Shown: in pieces, positions 30,988-41,245 of the stretch
Position numbering within the stretch: the first letter of the stretch is position 1
Layout of the letters: each line of letters begins with the position of its first letter
Source: the human T2T-CHM13v2.0 reference genome, Homo sapiens
Reading direction: 5' to 3' (one strand)
DNA: 64,000 nucleotides
Assembly (NCBI RefSeq): GCF_009914755.1
Contig: NC_060935.1
Notes under the pieces: generated by a model
What the model was told of the DNA's origin: nothing
The model's input: only the letters and a program-made list of their open reading frames with translations
Database searches by the model: none
Program-made: the position numbers and the translations under genes

Positions 30988-32372
30988 TAATTCTATTTTA
31001 TTTTATTTTACTTTAAGTTCCGGGATACATGTGCAGAGTGTGCAGGTTTGTTACATAGGTATACATGTGCCATGGTGGTTTGCTGCACCTATCAACCCAT
31101 CATCTGGGTTTTAAGCCCCACATGCATAAGGTATTTGTCCTAATGCTCTCCTTCCCCTTGCCCCCCACCCCTAAAAACCCCAGTGTGTGTTGTTCCCCTC
31201 CCTGTGTCCATGTGTTCTCATTGTTCAACTCCTGCTTATGAGTGAGAACATGTGGTGTTTGGTTGTCAGTTCCTGTGTTAGTCTGCTGAGGATGATGGCT
31301 TCCAGCTTCATCTATTTCCCTGCAAAAGATATTATCTCATTCCTTTTTACAGCTGCATAGTATTCCATGGTGTATATGTGCCACATTTTCTTTATCCAGT
31401 CTATCATTGATGGGCATTTGGGTTGGTTCCATGTCTTTGCTATTATAAATAGTGCTACAATAAAACATGTGTACATGTGTCTTTATAGTAGAATGATTTA
31501 TATTCCTTTTGGAATGATCTAGAACTAGAAATACCATTTGACCCAGCAATCCTATTACTGGGTATATACCCAAAAGGAATATAAATCATTATACTACATT
31601 CAATGTAAAAGTGTTCCTATTTCTCCACAGCTTCACCAGCATCTGTTGTTTCCTGACTTTCTAATAATCGGCATTCTTACTGGTGTGAGATGGTATTTCA
31701 TTGTGGTTTTGATGTGCATTTCTCTAATGACCAGTGATGACGAGTTTTTTTTTTTCCATGTGTTTGTTGACCACATAAATGTCTTCTTTTGAGAAGTGTC
31801 TGTTCATATCCTTTGCCCACTTTTTGATGGGGTTGTTTGGTTTTTTTTCTTGTAAATTTGTTTAAGTTCCTTGTAGATTCTGGATATTAGACCTTTGTCA
31901 GATGGGTAGATTGCAAAAAATTTTCTCCTCTTCTGTAAGTTGCCTGTTCACTCTGATGCTAGTTTCTTTTGCTGTGCAGAAGCTCTTTCGTTTAACTTGA
32001 TCCCATTTGTCAGTTTTGGCTTTTTTTGCAATTGCTTTAGGTGTTTTAGTCATGAAGTATTTGCCCATGCCTATGTCCTGAATGGTATTGCCTAGGTTTT
32101 ATTCTATGGTTTTTATGGTTTTGGGTTTTATATTTTAGTCTTTCATCCATCTTGCATTAATTTTTATATAAGGTGTAAGGGAGGGGTCCAGTTTCAGTTT
32201 TCTCCATATGGCTAGCCTGTTTTCCCAGCACCATTTATTAAATAGGTACTCCTTTCCCCATTGCTGGTTTTTGTCAGGTTTGTTGAAGATCATATGATTG
32301 TAGATGTGTGGTGTTATATCTGAGCTCTCTGTTCTGTTCCATTGGTCTATATGTCTGTTTTGGTACCAGTAC

Positions 32373-32835
32373 TGCAGCAGGAAAAGCTGCAGACAAAACC
32401 TCGCTGACACTGAGTTAAAGAAGGAAGAGCTTTACTTGGCCAGGCACTTTGGCAAGACTCATGTCTCCAACAACCAAGCTCCCCGAGTGAGCAATTCCTG
32501 TCCCTCTTAAGGGCTTACAATTCTAAGAGGGTCCGCATGAGAGGGTTGTGATTGATTGAGCAAGCAGGGGGTACATGACTGGGGGCTGCATGCACCGATA
32601 ATTAGAACGGAACAGAACAGGACAGGGATTTTCACAGTGCTTTTCTATACAATGTCTGGAATCTATAGATAACATAACTGATCAGGTCAGGGGTCGATCT
32701 TTAACTACCAGGCCCAGGGTGTGGTGCTGGGCTGTCTGCCTGTGGATTTCATTTCTGCCTTTTAGTTTTTACTTCTTCTTTCTTTGAAGGCAGAATTTGG
32801 GCATAAGACAATATGAGGGGTAGTCTCCTCCCTTA
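32373..32835 (-). mobile_element. 3' LTR (LTR2 family)
   Basis: Minus strand starts 'taagggaggagactacccctcatattgtcttatgcccaaattctgcc'; preceded by polypurine tract 'aaagtgggggaa' (32836-32847). Confidence 0.9.
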
Positions 32836-32861
32836 TTCCCCCACTTTGAGAACTTCACTTG

Positions 32862-34907
32862 TTAGTGGGAGTTCTCACTTTCATTCTCACTACCAATGTC
32901 TTCTTGCAAGACAGATCGACAGTGGTTCATATAGTACACTTGTGCTGAAGCATTTTGGTGAACTAAGGTAGCGATGAAGCTTTTTATCATTTGAAGAAGT
33001 ACAGGTAGCAAACAAGGGAGCAGTAAGCAGGTTTCTATTACTATTATAACTCCTATTATAAGGGTTTTAAATCTTTTTAGTGCTGGGAACCATTTTCTAA
33101 ACATGGCCCTAGGATCAAACCCATGCCTCACTTGCATGGGCACATGTGCCAGTTTTATCTTATCTCTAACTATGTCTTCAACTACTTACCCTTGATCAAC
33201 TATGTGTAGACAGCAATTAGTAAGGTTAAATTTCCTACAGACCCCTCCTTCAGCTGCTAGCAAGTAGTCGAGAGCCAATCTATTTTGACAGACAGCATTT
33301 CTCATCTGAGTTTCTTGCTGGGCCAGAATAGTCAAGGCTCTGCCAGTCTTATTAGTGATTATTTCTAAGACAGCTTGTAACCGTATGATTCAATTGAGCA
33401 TGTAAATGGGGGTCTGGTATCCTCACAAGCCATCTTGTGCCCAAGTACCAGGCCCATAATATTGTATGATTCTCTCAGGGGGCCATTCATCATCTTTCCA
33501 ATTTCCTATAGCTATGATTCTCTTTTCACAGGAAGCATAGACAGGAAAGCCTAGAGTTCACCTGTCTTTATGGGCAGTAGGACGAAAGATGGTTTAATAG
33601 TGCCAATAACATAACTTACCTGCCCACTGGTCGGGTAATTTGGTGTAAGCTCTATGCCCACATATCCAGTATAATCCAGTGGGGGCTGTCCAGTCCTGGT
33701 GGGACTCCGGGTGGGTCCACACGGTTTGCAACTTTGGGAATTTACTAAATGGATTTTTCTTAGCATGGTTTGGACTTCACTAGATGGCTGTTTTTGTAGT
33801 ACTATTATACAGTTTTTGCCCAAGGCAGCAGAGTCTTCCTACAAGAAGGGTGAAGTTCTTCCTCACTCTTGCTATACAGTATTATCTAATGATTGAGGCT
33901 TTTAAGACCCAGAAGTTATCAGGGTGATTCTTTTGAGCTGGGAATTCATCAGGAACTGGGTCTGTAGGTACTAATTCTTGGGCTTCCCATGGCCATTGAT
34001 ATCCCACTACAGTTTCTCTACATACATAACATGAAGTGACATTGAGAGACTGGGCTACATGCTCAGCTAATTGCAAAAACAAATTTCTTGTTTTTCCTGG
34101 AATTTCTGGTACTGTCACATTCAGTTCATCATAGAAGGTTTGAAATACTGGCTCAGGAGAGCGTTTATAAACTTCTCCTCAAACCACAATATTTACTCGA
34201 GGATCTAGTCCAGCCCCATCGATTTCTATGGTTACACGCTCCCCTTTTTTCCAGCGAGGATCAAGGGGGTTGGTTATTACTAGTTCTAAGGGGTTACACT
34301 GACCACTGGTACAGGAAAAGCCACTTTTCCTTTTCTGAAGGTGGACAGGATTCTTTCCATTTTTTATCTAAGTAGCCTAAATGACACAAGACCAGTATCC
34401 ACATTCATTTCCACACAGTCCTAATTCATGACAAATGTACTTATTTTCTGCCATATAGCCTCTTTCCTAATTAAGAGACCCACATCCTATTCTTAACTTA
34501 TTACTATTAATGACAGCACAGGCATCAAACTTCAAGGTGACTTGTTTGGGCACCCCTTTTTCTTTTGTTTTGGCTAACACTTTACTCATATCGTTTATGA
34601 GCCCCCACCAGTCCTCAGTCCTTAATCTTATTTCAAAAACTGTGGTCATGGGAGGCTCAGATGGGTCATAACACACATCAGGTTGGTCATTTCCTGGGCT
34701 ACATACCTTGTATAGAATAGCATCATACAAACAAGTTCTTTTTAGAGTCTCGGTACACTTATAATAACCATAAAATAATAGGACTGTAGCAACTTTTTGT
34801 CCTACTATACACTGGGAACAGTCCTTAGTCTGAGGAAGGTCAGTTGAGGTCCTTGCTGTACAAGTCCAAATTTTAAGGAAAATGAGTCCCGCGATGAGTT
34901 TTCTCAT
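32862..34907 (-). pseudogene. env: HERV-E-type env, disrupted by stops and frameshifts
   Basis: Signal 'MRKLIAGLIFLKIWT', 'NLFLQLAEHVAQSLNVTSCYVC', immunosuppressive domain '[17 protein letters not shown]' (33237-33287) followed by 'RKFNLTNCC', and TM anchor 'LIIGVIIVIETCLLLPCLLPVLLQM'. Confidence 0.9.
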
Positions 34908-34929
34908 GCTTCGGTCATATGTGGACCAG

Positions 34930-35560
34930 TCAGCTTCCGGGTGTGACTGGAGCAGGGCTTGTCATCTTCCTCAGAGTCACTTTGCAGGGGTTGGTGAAGC
35001 TGCTCCTGCCCATGTACAGCTCACAGTCTACTGATGTTCAAAGATGGTCTCAGAGGTTGGGCCCACTAGAGTAAACTGAGTCCAAAACCTCTACACAATT
35101 ATGTTCAACTGTGCTCTCTGATACCAGGAGCAAGGTGGCGTGGTTTAGGGTGTTGCAAACTTCAATGATTACACGGGAAGTTTCACATAGCAAGCTTTGG
35201 TACTTGGTTAATCCAGCATTTGTTAGCCAATGATGTCCTTTGGTATTCATCAAAGTTACCACAGCATGGGGGGCCTTTATATTCAGGTTTTGCCTAAGGG
35301 TTAGTTTATCTGCTTCTTGTGCTAACAGGGCTGTTGCTGCCAGGGCCCTTAGACATGGGGGCCAGCCTTTGGAAACCCCGTCTAGCTGTTTTGAGAGATA
35401 GGCCACTGGCCTTGGCCAGGGCCCCACAGTCTGGGTTAAAACTCCAACTGCCATTTTTTCTCTTTCTGACTCATAGAATGTAAAGGGTTTTGTCAGGTCA
35501 GGTAGCCCCAGGGCTAGGGCTGACATGAGTTTTTCTTTTAACTCATGAAAAGCTCGTTGC
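34930..35560 (-). pseudogene. pol: HERV-E-type pol remnant: RT connection/tether, RNase H start and integrase C-terminal tail
   Basis: 'ALGLPDLTKPFTFY...GVLTQTVGPWPRPVAYLSKQLDGVSKGWPPCLRALAATALL' is the gammaretroviral RT-RNase H tether; then 'ELYMGRSSF' and 'NPCKVTLRK...PGS*'. Confidence 0.88.
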
Positions 35561-36990
35561 TGTTGGTTGTAATAGATGTAGTTTATCCAATTTACATTTT
35601 TATTAACTATGACCTACCAAAATATTGACTCAAATCCTGTAGCTATTTGATTTCAAGCTGTAAATTGACCTGGTATTCCCCATGGGACTCCAATTGCGTC
35701 TAAATAGACGTGAGAGTCGAAAGACCCGTAAGGGACTTCTCTCGCTTTATGATGTCTTATTTTTTCTCCCTCTGGTTGATGAAATGCCAGGGTGAAAGGG
35801 ATAGCCAATTGGACTAAAGTATAAGTGCCACTCCACTTATTCGGCAGAGGGCCCAGTAAAGGTCCACCACAATACCACCACACATCCACTCGGGGATGAA
35901 CAAGGGCTGACTGATTGATAAGCTCTTGAAAATTCTTAAGCTCACTGAATCCCTTCAGGTCTCCAAGGAACGCTGTTTCCTCCCTGTCATGAGAGACATG
36001 AAGCAAACTTAGTGCTGAGAGACGGAAGCTGGATGGCCCTCGGGGGCTGACCCACAGGGTGCCGGACTTTGGGATATAGCAGAGAGAGCTTGGCACGACT
36101 TATTATTCCAGACTGTAGAATCCTGGAAAAGAGCTACCATGCAGCCCATGCCTGGTCAACTGAAGGACCACCTTAGTGGAAAGGGGACAATCTGGGCCTC
36201 TGGCCTGCCATGTGCACAAGCATAACAATTGCTTTTGTTTAACGTGTGGATGGAATATTTGACTATTCCAACCAGGCATTTGCATCTTGGTATCCTGTCT
36301 TAATTGCCAAAGTTTGTTTTAAGTCTTTAACTTCTATGATGATCTAGTAAAATGAATGTATGATTTTAGGAAATTGTAAAAACCAGTTGGGGCAGTCCAT
36401 CCTTGCTCTTTAGTGGTCCACAGAACATTGGACCAACAACGGCATAAAAGCTCTACATCGGGGGGCAAGAATCCTCGTTGACACTGGAGTCTTTATCAAA
36501 ATTTCCCCAGATTAAACAGTCCTAATTTACTAATGCCCAGTCTGAGGAGAGTCAGGAGGGACAGAGATACTTTTCTGAAGTAGAGAGCTGTCTTTGACTT
36601 GGCAAGTCCCCACGGGGTATAACAAGGCAAGCATTAAATGCAATAGTTTGAGGCAAAATTGACTTGGTTATGTTAATAACTAGATGGTCAGCAATAGAGT
36701 GAGGAAAGAAGAAAGAGTAATAGAATAGACGAAACAGTTAAATTTTTCTTAGCTTTAGTTTGGTAGGGTTTTCCCCCTGGGACTATGGCCCACGACTCTG
36801 GAAGGGGAGGCACTTTCTTGACTCGGTTGTGATGAGTCCATCCTTTTTTAGCTGTATGAACAGTAGTCTCGGTGGTTAGCAGCACAAGGTAGGGTCCTTC
36901 CTAGGCTGGCTTGAGTTTCCTTTCTTTTCATCCTTTGATGAGAACGTGATCCTCAGGCTGGTGCTGGTTTGCCGGAAATTCTAGGGGTGG
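35561..36990 (-). pseudogene. HERV-I/HERVIP10-type integrase tail and env (SU plus TM start) remnant
   Basis: 'EGPYLVLLTTETTVHTAKKGWTHH' (IN GPY motif); 'WWYCGGPLL...QLAIPFTLAF...YLDAIGVP' and 'NQIATGFESIFW*VIVNKNVNWINYIYYNQQ' are typical of HERV-I-like Env. Confidence 0.8.
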
Positions 36991-38426
36991 TACATGTGCT
37001 AAAAGACTTTTAGTTTTGAGAGAAAGGAAAGTGGAAGACAAACCAAGTATATAATTTCTAAGAAATTGACCTTTTGTTTTAAATGTGGGGACATCAGCTG
37101 TGGACTCTGTAGTCCTTGGTGCCTGTCTGAGAAATTTCCTTTAGCACCTATTATTTATTAGTTTTCAGACCAAAGAAGCCAAACACCATTTTATATCTGA
37201 CAATGCTTCCTGTATGATTTTTATACCAGCTAAGCTAAATTTCACCTTTATATTACTGTGCTATTAATGTTAAACTTAGTTTTAATAAAACTTTGTAGAC
37301 ATATTTATTCAATTTTTAATGTCGGATCATAAGGTAAGATTTTTATAGACTCTTTTTAACCTTTTATAATCTTTGTTAAAGAGCAGGTTAGTGCTTTAAG
37401 AAAAACTCGTTGTGTTTTTACTTTAATGTCAGTTCACAGAAAAACCGGATGATACCCCTTTAACTTTAGCCAATATGTTTACACACAGAATTTTCTTTAT
37501 CATTAAGTTTTAAAACTTGCTTAAACCCTCAAAACAATAATTTTTTAAACCTTTTAATGTAGGTAAAAATTTATATTCTTATGCCTTTTTATAATCCTTT
37601 TACCAAAGGTATATTTTACTTTCCTTATACACCTTGCACATAAACTGTTATTTTCAATAGTTTTACATTCAGGAGGCCTAGTTACTTTTAAATTCTACAA
37701 CAATTCTTGCATAAATTCTTTTTTTATAACTTTTTTTTTCTTTTTTCCTTCAATTACCTGGGAGGAACCATCTATCGTCCTGTCCTGAAGGGAATTCCTC
37801 CTAGGTCTGGTGGGACCTTTGTATGGTAATTAAGATTTAGATCCCCTGTTAGGAAACCTGCTGGGTTAAGGGAATTTTCAGTGGTTAATGTTAAATCATC
37901 TTTTTTTTTTCTTAGGATACTTCTGAACTGGTGAGGTGTGCTCACAATGAACTCACCAGTTCAGAAGTATCCTCTAAAAGTTATTTTTCTACTTTCTTCT
38001 GTCAGCAAAGCCGTTGCCACTACAGATTGAATGCATTTGGGCCATTCACAGATTACTAGGTTAAGGATTTTTGATAGGAAGGCTACACAGGTTGTTGGTG
38101 GCCTCAGTGCTTTCAGGCTACGCCCTTGTTTACACTGAAAACAAAGTGGTATTGGAGTGTTACAGGGTTATGGAGAATACCTTTAATTATCAATTATAGG
38201 TTTTAAATTTACCTTGGCTTTTAAAGGAATAGGGTACTCTTTTTTTTTTTTTAACTACTTGTATATCTCTCTTCTTCTCTCTTCTTGACTCCCTCTTTGT
38301 CTCTCTGTCTCTTCCTCTCTGTCTCTTACTCTCTCTCTCTACCTCTTTTCCTCTCTGTCTCTTTTCTCTCTCTCTCTCTCTGCTGGTTTTTCCTTGCCTC
38401 TGCCAGCCACTTATGCTGCTGTTCTC

Positions 38427-38720
38427 TCAACCACTGTGTGGGGCGGGAGGGTCTAAAACCAGTTGTAACCAAGTGTCTATGTACGGGAACTGGTCTGGGG
38501 GCCCTGGCTTACAGGTTACCTTGTGCCATACCTTTGTAACAAGGGACCTGTCCAGGCTTCCTTCTGATGGCCAACCCACCTCTAATGCTGGCCAGTCTAT
38601 GTCACACAAAGTTCTAAGTTTTCCTGGTGTCATAGTACCACTGTAATCTCCCTTAAATCCTTTCTTGAAATTTTTCAACATAGTTCCTAGTGGGGTGGGC
38701 TTACTTTGTGCCTGACCCAT
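38427..38720 (-). pseudogene. gag: gag matrix (MA) remnant; no CA/NC follows
   Basis: Myristoylation-type start 'MGQAQSKPTPLGTMLKNF', 'LRTLCDIDWPALEVGWPSEGSLD', 'PDQFPYIDTWL' (gammaretroviral MA). Confidence 0.88.
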
Positions 38721-39245
38721 GCTTCCTCAAGAAAAAACACCACACTCACACCACACACACACCACAAAAGAAAGAATGGGTAAAAAGGGCACACACACAC
38801 TTTTACAGTTTACACCAAACCAGAATCAAAACCAAAATCAGAGTATCAGGAAATCCAAACCAGGTTGAAACCACAACCAAAGTATCAAGCAATCCAAGTC
38901 AAGTCAAAAACAAAAACCAAAGTGCCAGTACAGGCACACCGTGGGTGATCAGGCCACACTTCCACTCAAATGGAGTGTGCAAGTTCCAAAGACTAGTCTT
39001 ACCAAGTTTCAGATGTCCGGACTCTAAGTGCCAGTTCCTTCCTGGTGTTCAGCCACTGCATTGATCCTTCATGGGGGCCTGCCACGCACTGCTCTGGTGA
39101 GGCATTCCACTGGGGCAATTGCCTACCTAGGAGCACTCTCAGGATCCGCATCACTCAAGCTGGCCAGAGTGCCCCACAGGGATGCTCCACAGGGCAGGCC
39201 TAAGCCGCCTAAGGGGCTGCCTCAACCATCCGTTAATCACCTCGC

Positions 39246-39263
39246 TTCCCTGTCAGGGAACCA
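39246..39263 (-). promoter_or_regulatory. Primer-binding site complementary to the tRNA-Glu 3' end
   Basis: Minus strand 'tggttccctgacagggaa' vs tRNA-Glu complement TGGTTCCCTGACCGGGAA (1 mismatch), 5 nt downstream of the 5' LTR. Confidence 0.9.
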
Positions 39264-39268
39264 AGAAA

Positions 39269-39706
39269 TGTAGCAGGAGAAGCCATAGACAAAACCCTTC
39301 CAACACTGAGTTAAAGAAGGCAGGGCTTTATTTGGCTGGGAGCTTTGGCAAGACTCAGGTCTCCAACAACCGAGCTCCCTGAGTGAGCAATTCCTGTCCC
39401 TCGTAAGGGCTTACAACTCTAAGGGGGTCCATGTGAGAGGGTCGTGATCAATTGAGCAAGCAGGGGGTATGTGACTGGGGGCTGCATGCACCAGTAATTA
39501 GAATGGAACAGAACAGGACAGGAATTTTCACAGTGCTTTTCTATACAATGTCTGTAATCTATAGATAACATAACCGATTAGATCAGGGGTCGATCTACCA
39601 GGCCCAGGGTGTGGCGCCGGGCTGTCTGCCTGTAGAGAGTTTTTACCTCTTTCTTTGGAGGCAAAAATCAGGCATAAGACAATATGAGGGGTCGTCTCCT
39701 CCCTTA
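39269..39706 (-). mobile_element. 5' LTR (LTR2 family)
   Basis: Homologous to 32373-32835 but ~25 nt shorter; starts 'taagggaggagacgacccctcatattgtcttatgcc'. Confidence 0.9.
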
Positions 39707-39804
39707 GTACCATGCTGTTTTGGTTACTGTAGCCTTTTAGTATAGTTTGAAGTCAGTTAGCATGATGCCTCCAGCATCATGATCAAGTTGGCTTCACCCC
39801 TGGG

Positions 39805-40687
39805 ATGCAAAGCTATTTCAACATATACAAACCAATCAACGTAATCCATCACATAAACAGAACCAATTATAAAAATCACATGATTATCTCAATAGACGCA
39901 GAAAAGGCCTTCAATAAAATTCAACATCCCTTCATTCTAAAAACTCTCAATAAACTAGGTATTGATGGAACATATCTCAAAATAATAACAGCTATTTATG
40001 ACAAACCCATAGCTAATATCATACTGCATGAGCAAAAGCTGGAAGCATTCACTTTGAAAACAGGCACAAGACAAGGATGCTCTATCTCACCACTCTTATT
40101 CACACTGTATTGGAAGTTCTGGCCAGGGGCAATCAGGCAAGAGAAAGAAATAAAGGATATTCAGATAGGAAAAGAGGAAGTCAAGTTGTCTCTGTTTGCA
40201 GATGGCATGATTCTATATTTAGAAAACCCCAGTGTCTCAGCCCAAAAACTCCTTAAGCTGATAAGCAACTTCAGCAAATTCTCAGGATACAAAATCAATG
40301 TGCAAAAATCCCAAGCATTTCTATACACCAACAATAGACAAGCAGAGAGCCAAATCATGAATGAACTCCCATTCACAATTGCTACAAAGAGAATAAAATA
40401 CCTAGGAATACACGGATGTGAAGGACCTCTTTAAGAACTACAAACCACTGCTCAAGGAAATAAGGGAGGACACAAACAAATGGAAAAATATTCCATGCTC
40501 CTGGATAGGAAGAATCAATATTGTGAAAATGGCCATACTTCCCAAAGTAATTTACATATTCATTGCTATTCCCAAACTATCATTGACTTTCTTCACAGAA
40601 TTAGAAAAAACTACTTTAAATTTCATATGCAACCAAAAAAAGAGCTCATGTAGCCAAGACAATACTAAGCAAAAAGAACAAGGTTAA
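39805..40687 (+). pseudogene. L1 ORF2p reverse-transcriptase fragment (inverted segment of the L1PA)
   Basis: '[19 protein letters not shown]...GTRQGC...[15 protein letters not shown]...GYKINVQKS'; catalytic FADD reads FADG; frameshift near 40420. Confidence 0.92.
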
Positions 40688-40769
40688 CAGTAATTCTTAA
40701 GTGTGATTGGCAGCTGTTAAAGGCTTTTGTGCAGATGAACAACAATCTGATTTAAGTTTTAAGATGCCT

Positions 40770-41245
40770 CAACACAGACGGACTCAGGAACAATGTTGAA
40801 AAAAGAAGCAAGTCAAAGAATTAATGAGTCCAAAACAATACTAATCAATATATTATTTAAGGATACAATTTTATTTTTAAAAAATGAAAAGCAAGAAAAT
40901 GATAAACACGAAATTCAGGATGTGAATTACCTCTCAGGGGAGGCAGGAGAATGCAATTTGTGAGAAAATCCAGGGGATATCTAGAGTATTGTAAATTCTA
41001 TTTCTTAAGCTGGGGGGTGGCCATGGGGTGTTAATTTTATTATTATTATCTAAATCAAATTAAATTATTATTTAAATTTGTTTCCTAGACATGATATATT
41101 TGATAATAAAAATATTTAAATCAAATTAAATTATTATTTAAATTTGTTTCCTAGACATGATATATTTGATAATAAAAATATTTAAATAAAATTAAATTAT
41201 TATTTAAATTTGTTTCCTAGACATGATATATTTGATAATAAAAAA
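40770..41245 (+). mobile_element. Old L1ME-like 3' fragment inside the L2
   Basis: 'aatgataaacacgaaattcaggatgtgaattacctctcagggg...tctatttcttaagctgggggg'. Confidence 0.55.
41051..41244. repeat. 66-bp AT-rich tandem repeat, ~3 near-identical copies
   Basis: 'cctagac' recurs at 41084, 41150 and 41216 (period 66). Confidence 0.95.

Larger units (their letters stand above)
32373..39706 (-). mobile_element. LTR2-flanked recombinant endogenous retrovirus (Harlequin/HERV-E type), defective
   Basis: Two LTRs, Glu PBS, PPT, gag/pol/env remnants; 4-bp TSD GTAC at 32369-32372 and 39707-39710 interrupts continuous L1 text 'ggtaccagtac|catgctgttttgg'. Confidence 0.92.
30995..40681 (-). mobile_element. 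5'-truncated, 5'-inverted L1PA (L1PA8/10-like), split by the provirus
   Basis: Antisense 3'UTR/ORF2 at 30995-32372 and 39711-39775, then sense ORF2 at 39776-40681; core TSD GTAATTCT at 30987-30994 and 40690-40697. Confidence 0.9.

Noticed and set aside
32862-34907. Intact syncytin-like env
   Set aside because: Many stops and frameshifts; the longest piece is 146 aa.
39246-39263. tRNA-Glu-like sequence as a tRNA gene
   Set aside because: Only the 18-nt 3' end is present, next to an LTR. It is the retroviral PBS.
39805-40434. 209-aa ORF as an active or domesticated reverse transcriptase
   Set aside because: It is a truncated, inverted L1 ORF2 piece with FADD changed to FADG and frameshifts.
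41051-41244. Regularly spaced repeats as a CRISPR-like array
   Set aside because: The units are contiguous with no unique spacers, and the context is primate DNA. It is an ordinary tandem repeat.
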